Assembly: GCA_963771355.1 (NCBI GenBank) | Contig: CAVYTA010000006.1 | Span: forward strand, 1,984,001-2,048,000 | Source: an uncultured Candidatus Rokubacteria bacterium | Lineage (GTDB): Bacteria; Methylomirabilota; Methylomirabilia; Rokubacteriales; CSP1-6 | DNA: 64,000 nt | Reading direction: 5' to 3' | Part shown: positions 38,265 to 49,642 of the stretch, piece after piece | Layout of the letters: each line of letters opens with the position of its first letter | Numbering within the stretch: the stretch's first letter is position 1 | Made by a program: the position numbers and the translations under genes | Notes under the pieces: model-generated | Database searches by the model: none | Told to the model about the DNA's origin: nothing | Seen by the model: only the letters and a program-made list of their open reading frames with translations

Positions 38265-39436
38265 GCCCCTCGCCCGCTTCGGCGCCGCTGGACGGGTGGG
38301 CGCCGCGGGCGGCACGGCTCGGCGTTTACGTCCACGTTCCCTTCTGCGCCAAGCGCTGCGGGTACTGCGCCTTCAATACCGCGCCCTATCTCGAGACCGC
38401 CGTCCCGCGCTTCCTGCGCGCCCTCGACGCCGAGATCGCGCAAGCGGGGACCGCGCCCTGGGCGCGGGGGGTCCGTGCGGCCACCGTCTTCTTCGGGGGC
38501 GGCACGCCATCCCTCCTCGCCTCCGCCGAGCTCGCCGGCGTTCTCGACGCGCTCCGGGCGCGCTTTCCCCTGGAGGCGGGCGCAGAGGTCACGGTGGAGT
38601 GCAACCCGGAGAGCGTCTCGCGCGAGCGCCTCGAGGGCTATCGCGCGGCGGGCGTGACCCGGATCAGCCTGGGCGTCCAGAGCCTCGAGGACTCCGTTCT
38701 CCCCACGCTCGACCGGCTCCACACCGCCGCCGACGCGCGCCGCGCCTTCGACGATGCCCGCGACGCCGGCTTCGACAACGTGAGCGTCGACCTCATCTAC
38801 GGGCTCCCGGGGACGGACGGCGCGGGCTGGGAGCGCACCGTGGCGGGAGTTCTCGACTGGGCGCCCGACCACCTCTCCGCCTATGCCCTGTCGCTCGACG
38901 AGGGCAGCCTCTGGAGCGCGGCCGGCGTGGGCGGGCTGCCCGGCGAGGACGAGGCGGCGGCGCAGTACCAGACCCTCACCCGCCTCGCCCGCGCCGCCGG
39001 CTACGAGCACTACGAGATCTCCAACTACGCGCGGCCCGGCCGCCGGTCCGCGCACAACCAGCTCTACTGGCGCGCCGAGGAATACCTCGCGTTCGGCCCG
39101 GGCGCCTGCGGCTTCCTCGGCGAGGTGCGCTATGGCAACGTGAAGCCGCTCGAGCGCTACTGCGGCACGCTGGAGGCGGGGCGACTGCCGGTGGCGACGC
39201 ACGAAACGCTCACCGCGCGCCAGCGCCTGGCGGAGCGTCTCTTCCTCGGGCTGCGCACCGCCGACGGCGTGCCCGCGGCGTGGCTGGACGAGCGCGTGGC
39301 CCTCGAGCCCGCGCGCCTCTCGCCCCGCGTGAAGGCGTGGCGCGAGCGCGGGCTGCTGGAGACGCGCGATGGCCGCGCGCGGCTCACCGAGGACGGATTC
39401 CTTCTGTCCGACGCCCTGTTCGTCGACCTGCTTTAG
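38207..39436 (+). CDS. hemW: Radical SAM heme chaperone; start uncertain
   Basis: YVHVPFCAKRCGYCAF, GGGTPS, SLGVQS, YEISNY, HNQLYW. Confidence 0.92.
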   Translation: MERRPPLAPLETSGPLAPVGPSPASAPLDGWAPRAARLGVYVHVPFCAKRCGYCAFNTAPYLETAVPRFLRALDAEIAQAGTAPWARGVRAATVFFGGGTPSLLASAELAGVLDALRARFPLEAGAEVTVECNPESVSRERLEGYRAAGVTRISLGVQSLEDSVLPTLDRLHTAADARRAFDDARDAGFDNVSVDLIYGLPGTDGAGWERTVAGVLDWAPDHLSAYALSLDEGSLWSAAGVGGLPGEDEAAAQYQTLTRLARAAGYEHYEISNYARPGRRSAHNQLYWRAEEYLAFGPGACGFLGEVRYGNVKPLERYCGTLEAGRLPVATHETLTARQRLAERLFLGLRTADGVPAAWLDERVALEPARLSPRVKAWRERGLLETRDGRARLTEDGFLLSDALFVDLL

Positions 39437-39450
39437 TGTAGGATGGCGCC

Positions 39451-40506
39451 ATGACGCCGGACGCCCACCTCGACGAGCGCCGACGCCAGGTGCTGGTGTC
39501 GATCATCGCCGAGTACGTCGAGAGCGCCGAGCCGGTGGGCTCGCGCTCCATCGCGCGCCGTCACATGCGCGGATTGTCCGCGGCCACTATCAGAAATGTC
39601 ATGGCCGATCTCGAGGAGATGGGCTATCTCTCCCAGCCCCATACCTCCGCCGGCCGCGTGCCCACCGACAAGGCGTATCGCTTCTACGTGGATCACCTGC
39701 GCGGGATGCCGTGGGTGGACAAGGCCACCGCGGGCGCGCCCGCGCGCGAGCCGGCGGGCCCGCCCGCGAGCGGCTTCGAGCGGCTCATGGCCGAGACCCC
39801 CGCCCAGCTCTCCCAGGGCACCCACATGACGGGGATCCTCCTCGCGCCGCCGCTCCAGCAGACCGCGCTGGACCGCATCGAGCTGGTGCCGCTGGGCGAG
39901 GGCCGTGCCCTCGCGGTGGTGGTGACGGAGACCGGCTGGGTCACCACCCAGGCCATCAGTGTGGAGGGGCGGCTGACCCTCGACGACCTGCGCGAGATGG
40001 GTCGGAGCCTCACCCGGCGCTTCCGGGGCAAGACCTTCCAGGCGATCCTCGACGACATCGCCTCCCCCGCCGATCCTCTCGACCCGCTGTGGACGCGCGG
40101 GCGGGCCCTGCTCGATCAGGTGGTGGCGGTGCTGCGCGCGCGCACGCTCTACGTGAGCGGGGCGCTCAACATGCTCGACCACCCGGACCTCTCCGACGTG
40201 GCCACGGTGCGGCGGCTGCTCCACGCCTTCGAGGAGAAGGCGCGCCTGATCGATCTCCTCTCCCGCATCGCCCAGGAGCGAGGCGTCCAGATCGTGATCG
40301 GCGCGGAGAATCCCCTGGAGGAGATGCGAGAGGTGAGCCTGGTGGCCTCGACCTACAGCTATCGGGACGAGGTGCTCGGGGTGCTGGGGGTGGTGGGCCC
40401 CCGCCGCATGGCCTACTCGGACGTCATCTCCATCGTGGACGAGACCGCCCGGCTCGTCTCGAGCTCGCTGTCGCGCGTCCGCCCCGAGCTCTATCTGCCC
40501 TCCTGA
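39451..40506 (+). CDS. hrcA: Heat-inducible transcription repressor
   Basis: EPVGS, SAATIRNVMADLE, PHTSAGRVPT, VGPRRMAY. Confidence 0.96.
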   Translation: MTPDAHLDERRRQVLVSIIAEYVESAEPVGSRSIARRHMRGLSAATIRNVMADLEEMGYLSQPHTSAGRVPTDKAYRFYVDHLRGMPWVDKATAGAPAREPAGPPASGFERLMAETPAQLSQGTHMTGILLAPPLQQTALDRIELVPLGEGRALAVVVTETGWVTTQAISVEGRLTLDDLREMGRSLTRRFRGKTFQAILDDIASPADPLDPLWTRGRALLDQVVAVLRARTLYVSGALNMLDHPDLSDVATVRRLLHAFEEKARLIDLLSRIAQERGVQIVIGAENPLEEMREVSLVASTYSYRDEVLGVLGVVGPRRMAYSDVISIVDETARLVSSSLSRVRPELYLPS

Positions 40507-40553
40507 CCCTCCCGCGGGGGCCGCGCGCCCGTCTGCTATACTCGGAGATTGTG

Positions 40554-41138
40554 ATGACCGACTCTCGGGATTCCTCCGACGACTGGGCCTCGGGAACTGC
40601 CGGCGGCGGCGCCGGCGCTGAAATGGAAGCGGAGCTGATGCGCCTGCGCGAGGCCCTGGAGGCCAAGGCCCGCGAGGCGGACGCCACCCATGACCGGTAC
40701 GTGCGCACTGCCGCCGAGTTCGACAACGCGCGTAAGCGCGCGGTCCGGGAGCGTGAGGAGCTGATCCGCGGCGCCAACGAGAGTCTCATCCGCGAGCTGC
40801 TGCCGGTGCTCGACAACTTCGAGCGCGCCTTGCAGGCGGCGCGCGGCGACGCGGGGGCGGCCGCCGTCACCGCGGGGGTGGAGCTCATCCAGCGCGAGCT
40901 GCTCCGCGTGCTGGAGAAGTTCGGGGTGACCGCGTTCACCTCGGTGGGCATGCCGTTCGATCCCGAGCGCCACGAGGCGGTGGCCCGGGTGCCCGCAGCG
41001 GGCCGACCGGAGATGACGGTCGTCGATGAAACCGCGCGCGGTTATCTGCTCAACGGCCGTGTCCTCCGCCCTGCCATGGTCACCGTGGCGATGAACGCCG
41101 ACGGCGAGGCGGGCGGAACGGGCGCGGTCGACGCCTAG
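40554..41138 (+). CDS. grpE: Nucleotide exchange factor
   Basis: [37 protein letters not shown]. Confidence 0.96.
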   Translation: MTDSRDSSDDWASGTAGGGAGAEMEAELMRLREALEAKAREADATHDRYVRTAAEFDNARKRAVREREELIRGANESLIRELLPVLDNFERALQAARGDAGAAAVTAGVELIQRELLRVLEKFGVTAFTSVGMPFDPERHEAVARVPAAGRPEMTVVDETARGYLLNGRVLRPAMVTVAMNADGEAGGTGAVDA

Positions 41139-41139
41139 C

Positions 41140-42237
41140 GTGGCCGGTCAGAACCTCTACTCGATCCTCGGGGTCGCGCGCGAAGCGGACGAGGCCGCGC
41201 TCAAGAGCGCCTACCGCAAGCTCGCGCGGATGTATCACCCCGACAAGAATCCCGGCGACAAGGCCGCCGAGGAGCGCTTCAAGGAGGTCAACGAGGCCTA
41301 CGCCGTGCTGTCCGATCCGGACAGGCGGGCGCAGTACGACCGCTTCGGGACGGTGGGGGGCGGGGCCGGCGGCCAGGACGTCGGCTTCGGGACCATCTTC
41401 GAGGACCTCTTCGAGGGCTTCTTCGGCGGGGGCGGTGAGCGCGGCCGCCGCACGCGCGCGCGCCGGGGCGAGCATCTCCGCTACGACCTCGAGGTGACGC
41501 TCGAGGAAGCGGCCGAGGGCCTCGAGTCCAAGCTCCAGATTCCGCGGCTGGAGAGCTGCGAGGGCTGCAAGGGGACGGGACAACAGGCGGGTACGCAGCC
41601 CGAGACCTGCAGCGCCTGCCGCGGAGCCGGCCAGGTGCGCTTCTCCCAGGGCTTTCTCACCGTGGCCCGCCCCTGCCCCCAGTGCGGGGGCGAGGGCCAG
41701 ATCAACCGCGCCCCGTGCAAGGACTGCCGGGGCCAGGGACGCATCCGCAAGGAACGGCTGCTGAAGGTCACCATCCCGCCCGGGGTGGAGGATGGCAATC
41801 AGCTCCGCCTCAGCGGCGAGGGGGAAGGCGGCCTGTTCGGCGGACCGGCCGGCGACCTCTATGTGGTGCTCCACCTGCGGCCGCACGAGATCTTCGTGCG
41901 GCAGGGCGCCGAGCTCTTCTGCGAGCTCCCGGTGTCCTTCGCCCAGGCGGCCCTCGGCGACGTGGTAGAAGTGCCCGTGCTCGGGGGCCGGGCGGAGCTG
42001 ACGGTGCCGCCGGGCACCCAGCCCGCTCAGCAGCTCCGCCTGCGCGGCAAGGGCATGCCGCATCTCCGCGGGCGCGGGCGGGGGGACGCCGTGTACCAGG
42101 TGGTGGTCGAGGTGCCGACCAAGCTCACTGCGCGCCAGCGGGAGCTGCTCGAGGAGTTCCGCCAGGCTTCGGCGGAGCACGCCGGCCCCCTGTCCACCTC
42201 CTTCGTCGACCGGATGAAGAAGCTCTTCGGCTCCTGA
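41140..42237 (+). CDS. dnaJ: Chaperone DnaJ (type I)
   Basis: HPD motif, G/F region, four CxxCxGxG repeats. Confidence 0.97.
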   Translation: MAGQNLYSILGVAREADEAALKSAYRKLARMYHPDKNPGDKAAEERFKEVNEAYAVLSDPDRRAQYDRFGTVGGGAGGQDVGFGTIFEDLFEGFFGGGGERGRRTRARRGEHLRYDLEVTLEEAAEGLESKLQIPRLESCEGCKGTGQQAGTQPETCSACRGAGQVRFSQGFLTVARPCPQCGGEGQINRAPCKDCRGQGRIRKERLLKVTIPPGVEDGNQLRLSGEGEGGLFGGPAGDLYVVLHLRPHEIFVRQGAELFCELPVSFAQAALGDVVEVPVLGGRAELTVPPGTQPAQQLRLRGKGMPHLRGRGRGDAVYQVVVEVPTKLTARQRELLEEFRQASAEHAGPLSTSFVDRMKKLFGS

Positions 42238-43118
42238 TGGCCTTCTGGGAGCTCACCGTCCCGACCTCTCCCGAGACGGTCGAGGGGCTCACCAACTTCC
42301 TCTGGGAGCAGGGCGCGCTCGGCGTGGTCGAGGAGGAGGCGCCGGGAGATCCGGCGCGGCTCCGCGCCTTCTACGCGGAGTCCGTGTCGTCCGCTCGCCT
42401 CCTGAGCGCAGTGGAGGAGTATCGCGCCGCGCTGTGCGCGCTGGGCTTCACGCTGGGGGCCGAGCCCGCCATCGCCCCGCTGCTCGACGAGCAGTGGGCG
42501 AGCGCCTGGCAGCAGTCCTTCCCGCCGCGCGAGGTGGGCGAGCGCCTCCTGATCGTCCCGCCCTGGGAGACGGTGCCCACCCCGCCCGGCCGCCACCGCG
42601 TCGTCATCGAGCCCGGACGAGCCTTCGGCACCGGCCATCACGGCACCACCGAAGGCTGCCTCGCACTCCTCGACCGCTGGCTGGCGGGGGCCCGTCCCGC
42701 GCGCGTGCTCGACGTCGGCACCGGCACCGGCATCCTCGCGGTGGCCGCGGTGGCGCTCGGCGCCCCGCGCGTCTTCGCCATCGACGTGGACCCCGACGCG
42801 GTGGCGGCGGCGCAGAAGAATGCCGCGGCGAACGGAGTGGCGGACCGCGTGCATGTGGGCCTGGGTGGCCCGGAGGCGCTGCCCCGTACCAGCGCCTTTG
42901 ACCTGGTGGTGGCCAATATCCTCGCCCACACGCACCTGGGGCTGGTGAAGGAGTACCGCCGGCGCGTGGCGCCCTTCGGCGCCCTCGTCCTCGGCGGCAT
43001 GCTCACCGGCGAGGAAGACCAGGTCACGCGCGCGCTGGTGCCGCTGGGCTTCACCCCGCGCGAGCTCCTGGAGCGCGAGGGCTGGACCTCCACCCTTCTC
43101 GTCCGGGACGGCGCATGA
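42237..43118 (+). CDS. prmA: Ribosomal protein L11 methyltransferase
   Basis: EPGRAFGTGHHGTT, LDVGTGTGIL, VANILA. Confidence 0.94.
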   Translation: MAFWELTVPTSPETVEGLTNFLWEQGALGVVEEEAPGDPARLRAFYAESVSSARLLSAVEEYRAALCALGFTLGAEPAIAPLLDEQWASAWQQSFPPREVGERLLIVPPWETVPTPPGRHRVVIEPGRAFGTGHHGTTEGCLALLDRWLAGARPARVLDVGTGTGILAVAAVALGAPRVFAIDVDPDAVAAAQKNAAANGVADRVHVGLGGPEALPRTSAFDLVVANILAHTHLGLVKEYRRRVAPFGALVLGGMLTGEEDQVTRALVPLGFTPRELLEREGWTSTLLVRDGA

Positions 43119-43876
43119 GCGGCGCCGGTCCGCGCGTTCACGTGCGGCCCGAGGCCGTCAGCGGCACGCGCGTGGTCCTGGACGCCGCGGAGGCGCGCCA
43201 TCTCCGCCGCGCCCTGCGGCTCCGCGTGGGCGATCTGGTCCGCGCGCTGGACGGGCGCGGCCGGGAGCTCACCGTCCGCCTCACTGCGCTGGACGCACGC
43301 TCGGCCGAGGGCGAGATCCTCGACACCGCCACGCCGGCGCGCGAGTCCCCGCTCCATCTGACCCTCGCGCAAGGGCTGCCCAAGGCCGACAAGCTGGAGA
43401 CCATCATTCGCATGAGCACGGAGCTCGGCGTGGCCGCGGTGGTGCCGCTGCTGACCGCACGCACCGTCCCCGTCGGCGAGGGCCGGGGCCGGCTGGCCCG
43501 CTGGGAGCGGGTGGCGCGCGAGGCGGCCAAGCAGAGCGGACGCGCGGTGGTCCCGGCGATCGCTGCGCCGGTGGCGCTGCCTGCCTGGCTGGCCGCGCGC
43601 GACCCGGCCGGGCTGCTGGTCTGCCTCTGGGAGCGCGAACCGGCGCCGCTGGCCGACCGCCTGCCGACCGCCCGGCCCGACCGCGCCACCGTGGTCGTGG
43701 GGCCCGAGGGCGGTCTCGCCGAGGAGGAGCTCGCCGGGCTCGAGGCGGCGGGCGCCATCGTCGCGGGGCTCGGTCCGCGCGTGCTCAGAACCGAGACCGC
43801 GGGCCCGGTGGCGGTGGCCCTGCTGCAAGCGCGCTGGGGAGACCTGGGCGTGGGGGCGCCCCAGGTCGCGGAATGA
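43115..43876 (+). CDS. rsmE: 16S rRNA m3U1498 methyltransferase
   Basis: TELGV, EAAKQSGR, VGPEGG, LGPRVLRTETA. Confidence 0.95.
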   Translation: MSGAGPRVHVRPEAVSGTRVVLDAAEARHLRRALRLRVGDLVRALDGRGRELTVRLTALDARSAEGEILDTATPARESPLHLTLAQGLPKADKLETIIRMSTELGVAAVVPLLTARTVPVGEGRGRLARWERVAREAAKQSGRAVVPAIAAPVALPAWLAARDPAGLLVCLWEREPAPLADRLPTARPDRATVVVGPEGGLAEEELAGLEAAGAIVAGLGPRVLRTETAGPVAVALLQARWGDLGVGAPQVAE

Positions 43877-44316
43877 CCCCGGCGTACGAGTACTTCGAGA
43901 CGGACGCCGACATCGGCGTCATCGGACGCGGCCTGACCGCCGCCGAGGCCTTCGTGCAGACGGCCCTGGGGGTCTTCGCCCTGATCGTGGAGCCCGCGGC
44001 AGTGGAGGAACGGGAGCAGCGGGAGGTCCGAGCCCACGGGGACAGTCTCGAGGGCCTGCTTGTCGCCTGGATCAACGAGTGCCTCTACGTCCACGATGTG
44101 GAGGGCTTCGTGGCCCGGCGGATCGAGATCGAGGTGTTCGATGACACCGCGAGGGCCGGAGGCGAGCGCCTGCGGCTCCATTCCTTCCTTCACGGGGAAG
44201 AGGTCGATCCGTCTCGGCATCGACTGGGCACCGTGGTCAAGGCGGCCACGATGCACGAGGTCTCCACCCGGGCCTCCGAGAGCGGGTTCGAGACGCGGCT
44301 CGTGCTGGACGTCTAG
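43873..44316 (+). CDS. Archease
   Basis: YEYFETDADIG, LVAWINE, VKAATMH, C-terminal LDV. Confidence 0.9.
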   Translation: MTPAYEYFETDADIGVIGRGLTAAEAFVQTALGVFALIVEPAAVEEREQREVRAHGDSLEGLLVAWINECLYVHDVEGFVARRIEIEVFDDTARAGGERLRLHSFLHGEEVDPSRHRLGTVVKAATMHEVSTRASESGFETRLVLDV

Positions 44317-44460
44317 TGTCTCAAAAATGAGACAAGGCGGCGGATCCAGCGTGTCCGCCATACCACGGACTTCCGGGCTTCGACTGCTGAATGGATCGAA
44401 TATATCGTAGACGAATCAGATACTTGTATCGTTTCAGGTTTGGGTGGCACCTCGCTTGCT
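44317..44460 (+). promoter_or_regulatory. Sigma54 promoter with enhancer palindrome and IHF site
   Basis: TGTCTCA-AAAA-TGAGACA 44317-44334; AATCAGATACTTG 44414-44426 (WATCARN4TTR); TGGCAC-N5-TTGCT 44445-44460. Confidence 0.85.
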
Positions 44461-44476
44461 CTCTAGCGGCGCGGCC

Positions 44477-45445
44477 ATGGAACTACAAGCCACTATACGG
44501 AAGCCGGTGAGCATCGAGGGCGTCGGTCTCCATAGCGGTGAGATCGATCCGGCTCACCCTCTCTCCTGCCGGCAGCGATACGGGGATTCTCCTCCGGGCG
44601 CTCGATGGGACCCTGATTCCGGCCAACGCCGACCATGTGGTGGATGGCCACTTCGCCACCACGGTGGGGTCATTCGGGGTCCGGGTCCGCACCATCGAGC
44701 ACCTGATGGCGGCGGCCGCCGGACTGGGCATCGACAATCTCGCTGGTCGACGTCTCGGGCGATGAGCTGCCCGGGCTCGACGGCAGCTCCCGGGAGTTCG
44801 TGGAGCTGCTGGAGCGCGCGGGGCGTGTCGGGCTTCCCGCGCGCCGCACGCCCCTCGCGCATCGAGGCGCCCATCCGCGTCGAGGACGGGACCCGCTGGC
44901 TGCAGGTGCTGCCCGTCCGACAGTCTCCGGATCAGCTACACGCTCGACAACGACCATCCAGCCATCGGGATGCAGGCGCTGTCGCTCGAGATCACCGAGA
45001 CCACGTTCGTGAAGGAGCTCGCGCCGGCCCGCACGTACGGCTTCCTCAAGGACGTGGGCGCGATGCGGCAGCGGGGCCTGGCCCGGGGCGGCTCGCTCGA
45101 CAACACCATCGTGGTGGGCAAGCGGGCGGTGCTCAACGACCACCTGCGCTTCCCGGACGAGTTCGTGCGCCACAAGATCCTCGACCTGGTGGGCGATCTC
45201 TTCCTGCTCGGGCCGGCCGCTGATCGGCCACGTGGTCGCCCGCAACGGCGGGCCACGCGCTGAACCATCGCCTCGTCGCCGCCATCCGCGAAGCGGTCGT
45301 GCCGGACCGTCGGCGGGCCCGCGGGCACGTGGCCACCCCGGGGCGGTCGGTGGCGCCTCGGGTCGAGGCCGCCTACCCGCCCGTCCCCGGCGTCGCCGCG
45401 CGTCTAGCCTTCCTCGTCGCTCCCGTCCCCGAGGGAGCGATATAA
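44477..45445 (+). pseudogene. lpxC: UDP-3-O-acyl-GlcNAc deacetylase split by six +1 frameshifts (real decay or sequencing error)
   Basis: GVGLHSG, TIEHLMAA, LDGSS, ARTYGF, RFPDEFVRHKILDLVGD, GHALN found in successive frames. Confidence 0.9.
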
Positions 45446-45455
45446 TGGTGCGGCC

Positions 45456-46022
45456 GTGGCCCAGCGCACCCTTGTCCTCTGCGCCCTCATCCTGTCCCTG
45501 CTCGCGGGGCCGTCGCCGGCCTGGGCCGAGATCCGCATCAGCAATTTGGCCGTCTTCTTCAATGACTTCGAGGTCACCGTGCAGGTCGTGCTCCTGGGCG
45601 CCATCCCCGCCCCGCTGCACGAGAGCCTCCACTCCGGGGTGCCCACTCATGTCCGCTTCCACGTGGAGCTCTGGCAGTACAGCCGGTTCTGGGTGGAGCG
45701 CCTGATCCAGCGCCGGACGGTGGAGCGGCAGCTCACCTACAACGTGCTGACGAAGGAATATCGCGTCACCTCGGTCGAGGGCGAGCAACGCGAGCCCTAT
45801 CTCACCAAGAACCTCCGCGAGGCGCAGCGCGTGCTGTCCGATCTGCGCGTGGCCCGGCTGGCCCCCGGCGCCGCGCTGGACAGCAAGGAGCTCTACTACG
45901 TCCGCGTGCGCTCCGACGTCTCGCTGAACGGCGACAACTCCTTTGTCTCCCGGATGGCGGGCGATGCCGCCGAGACCCCGTGGGTGCAGTCCACCCTCCT
46001 CACGCCCATCCGGAGCCAGTGA
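45456..46022 (+). CDS. DUF4390-like exported protein
   Basis: Signal peptide, LHSGVP, LTYNVLTKEYRV; usual position before ntrY. Confidence 0.8.
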   Translation: MAQRTLVLCALILSLLAGPSPAWAEIRISNLAVFFNDFEVTVQVVLLGAIPAPLHESLHSGVPTHVRFHVELWQYSRFWVERLIQRRTVERQLTYNVLTKEYRVTSVEGEQREPYLTKNLREAQRVLSDLRVARLAPGAALDSKELYYVRVRSDVSLNGDNSFVSRMAGDAAETPWVQSTLLTPIRSQ

Positions 46023-48271
46023 TGCCTCTCGCCGGCTCCTCGCCGCAGGCCGAGCAGGGGAAGCGCAAGCGCAATCTCATCCTCATCAGCGCGACCCTCG
46101 TCATGCTGATCGTGGGCAGCATCTTCCAGTTCGCCCTGCGCGCCCCGCAGCTCCCGGTGGCGTCGAACCTGGTCGTCCTCGCGCTCCTGAACCTCAACGT
46201 CATCGTCTTCCTGCTCCTCCTCGTCCTCCTCTTCCGCAATCTCGTGAAGCTGGGCTTCGAGCGCCGCCAGAAGGGCATCGGCGCCCGCTTCAAGGTGAAG
46301 CTCGTCCTCGCCTTCCTCTCCCTCGCCCTCGTCCCGAGCATCCTGATCTTCATCATTGCCTCCAATTTCATTACGACGTCGATTGAAGGTTGGTTCAAGC
46401 CGCAGGTGGAGCGGCCCCTGGACCAGGCCCTCGAGGTCGCGCAGACCTACTACCAGACGCTCGAGACCACCGCGCTCCGCCATGGCCGCTTCATGGCTCG
46501 CGTGGTGGAGCGCGAGGGTCTCATGTCCGATACCCAGCGCGAGCCCCTCGAGGCCTTTCTCGGCGAGCAGCGCGACCGGCTCGGGCTCTCCGCGTTGACG
46601 CTGTTCGACCGGCGCGGCCACGAGGTGCTGCACGTCAAGGATCCGGCTCTGGGGGGGGTGGGCACCCGCGCCATCGCCCAGGGGAAGGTCGCCCAGGGCC
46701 TGGGTGGCCAGGAAGTGACCACCGTCCAGGAGATCGAGAACGGCGACATGGTCCAGGCGGTGGTGCCGGTGCGTGATCTCGACCGCGAGGTCATCGGCAC
46801 CCTGGTGGTGTCCACCCACGTGGCGCAGCGTCTGGAGAATCGCCTCCGCGGGATCAGCCAGGCCTTCCAGGAATACAAGCAGCTCAAGCTGCTCAAGAAC
46901 CCCATCAAGGGCATCTACATCCTGCTCTTCCTGCTGATGACCCTGATCATCGTCTTCTCCGCCACCTGGTTCGGCCTCTATCTCGCCCGCGGGATCACCG
47001 AGCCCATCCAGATGCTCGCGGAAGGCACGCGCGAGGTGGCCGCGGGCAACCTCGGCTACAAGGTGCAGGTCCGCGCCGACGACGAGATCGGCATCCTGGT
47101 GGACTCCTTCAACCAGATGACCAGCGACCTCGGCTCCTCCAAGTCCAAGCTCGAGACCGCCTATTCCGACCTCCAGTCGAAACACGATGAGATGGAGATG
47201 CGGCGGCGCTACACCGAGACCGTGCTGGGCGCGGTGGCCACCGGCGTGGTCTCGCTGGATCCCGCGGGGCGCATCACCACCATCAACGGCGCCGCGGAGC
47301 GGATGCTCGGGATCCCCGCCCCTGGCGTGGCGGGGATCGCGGAGGCCTCCGTGTTCCGCCGGCCGGAGTACGCGGAGATCGCCGCCCTGGTGACCCGCAT
47401 GGCGCGGCTGCGTGAGGGGACGGTGGAGCGCGAGGTGCACCTGCGCCGCGACGGCCTGGCCATCACCCTCCTCGCCTCCGCCACCGCGCTCAAGGGGCCC
47501 GACGGCACCGACATGGGCATGGTGCTGGTCTTCGACGACCTCACCGAGCTGCTCAAGGCGCAGCGCCTGGCCGCCTGGCGGGAGGTGGCCCAGCGCATCG
47601 CGCACGAGATCAAGAACCCGCTCACGCCCATCCAGCTCTCCGCGCAGCGGCTGCGGCGGCGGCTGGGCGGGGACGGCAGCGCCGAGGAAAAGCGTCTCCT
47701 CGAGGAGGCCACCTCCACCATCATCCAGGAGGTGGACGGGCTCAAGCAGCTGGTGGACGAGTTCTCCCGCTTCGCGCGCATGCCCGCGCTGGCGCTGCGT
47801 CCCACCGACCTCGCGCGGCTGCTCGACGGCGTGTGCGTGCTGTACCGCGAATCGCATCCCGCGCTGAGCATCAAGTCCGCCTTTTCCCCCGACCTGCCCC
47901 CGATGGAGGTGGACCCGAACCAGATCAAGCGCGCGGTGCTCAACCTCGTGGACAACGCGGTGGAGGCGGTGGGGGAGTCGGGGGAGGTGGTGGTGGAGAC
48001 GATCTGGCTCCCCGACGCGCGGCGCGCCCGCATCGCGGTGGCCGACACCGGGCCCGGCATCGCCGGCGAGGACAAGGAGCGTCTCTTCGTGCCGTACTTC
48101 TCCACCAAGGCCACCGGCATGGGCTTGGGGCTGGCCATCGTCCATCAGATCGTGACCGACCACGGAGGCACCATCTGGGTCGAGGACAATCTCCCGCAGG
48201 GGAGCCGCTTCGTGATCGAGCTGCCCGCGGGCCGCCTCGCCGCCGCGCCCCCCGCGCCGGTCGAGGCCTGA
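46022..48271 (+). CDS. ntrY: NtrY-type membrane sensor kinase (HAMP-PAS-HisKA-HATPase)
   Basis: AWREVAQRIAHEIKNPLTPIQLSAQR, FSRFARMP, DTGPG, GMGLGL. Confidence 0.93.
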   Translation: MPLAGSSPQAEQGKRKRNLILISATLVMLIVGSIFQFALRAPQLPVASNLVVLALLNLNVIVFLLLLVLLFRNLVKLGFERRQKGIGARFKVKLVLAFLSLALVPSILIFIIASNFITTSIEGWFKPQVERPLDQALEVAQTYYQTLETTALRHGRFMARVVEREGLMSDTQREPLEAFLGEQRDRLGLSALTLFDRRGHEVLHVKDPALGGVGTRAIAQGKVAQGLGGQEVTTVQEIENGDMVQAVVPVRDLDREVIGTLVVSTHVAQRLENRLRGISQAFQEYKQLKLLKNPIKGIYILLFLLMTLIIVFSATWFGLYLARGITEPIQMLAEGTREVAAGNLGYKVQVRADDEIGILVDSFNQMTSDLGSSKSKLETAYSDLQSKHDEMEMRRRYTETVLGAVATGVVSLDPAGRITTINGAAERMLGIPAPGVAGIAEASVFRRPEYAEIAALVTRMARLREGTVEREVHLRRDGLAITLLASATALKGPDGTDMGMVLVFDDLTELLKAQRLAAWREVAQRIAHEIKNPLTPIQLSAQRLRRRLGGDGSAEEKRLLEEATSTIIQEVDGLKQLVDEFSRFARMPALALRPTDLARLLDGVCVLYRESHPALSIKSAFSPDLPPMEVDPNQIKRAVLNLVDNAVEAVGESGEVVVETIWLPDARRARIAVADTGPGIAGEDKERLFVPYFSTKATGMGLGLAIVHQIVTDHGGTIWVEDNLPQGSRFVIELPAGRLAAAPPAPVEA

Positions 48272-48274
48272 GCC

Positions 48275-49641
<1,367 letters not shown>

Positions 49642-49642
<1 letters not shown>

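Noticed and set aside
44477..45445. Programmed frameshifting or RNA editing to restore lpxC
   Set aside because: Six independent shifts with no slippery heptamers or shared signal; error or decay is far simpler
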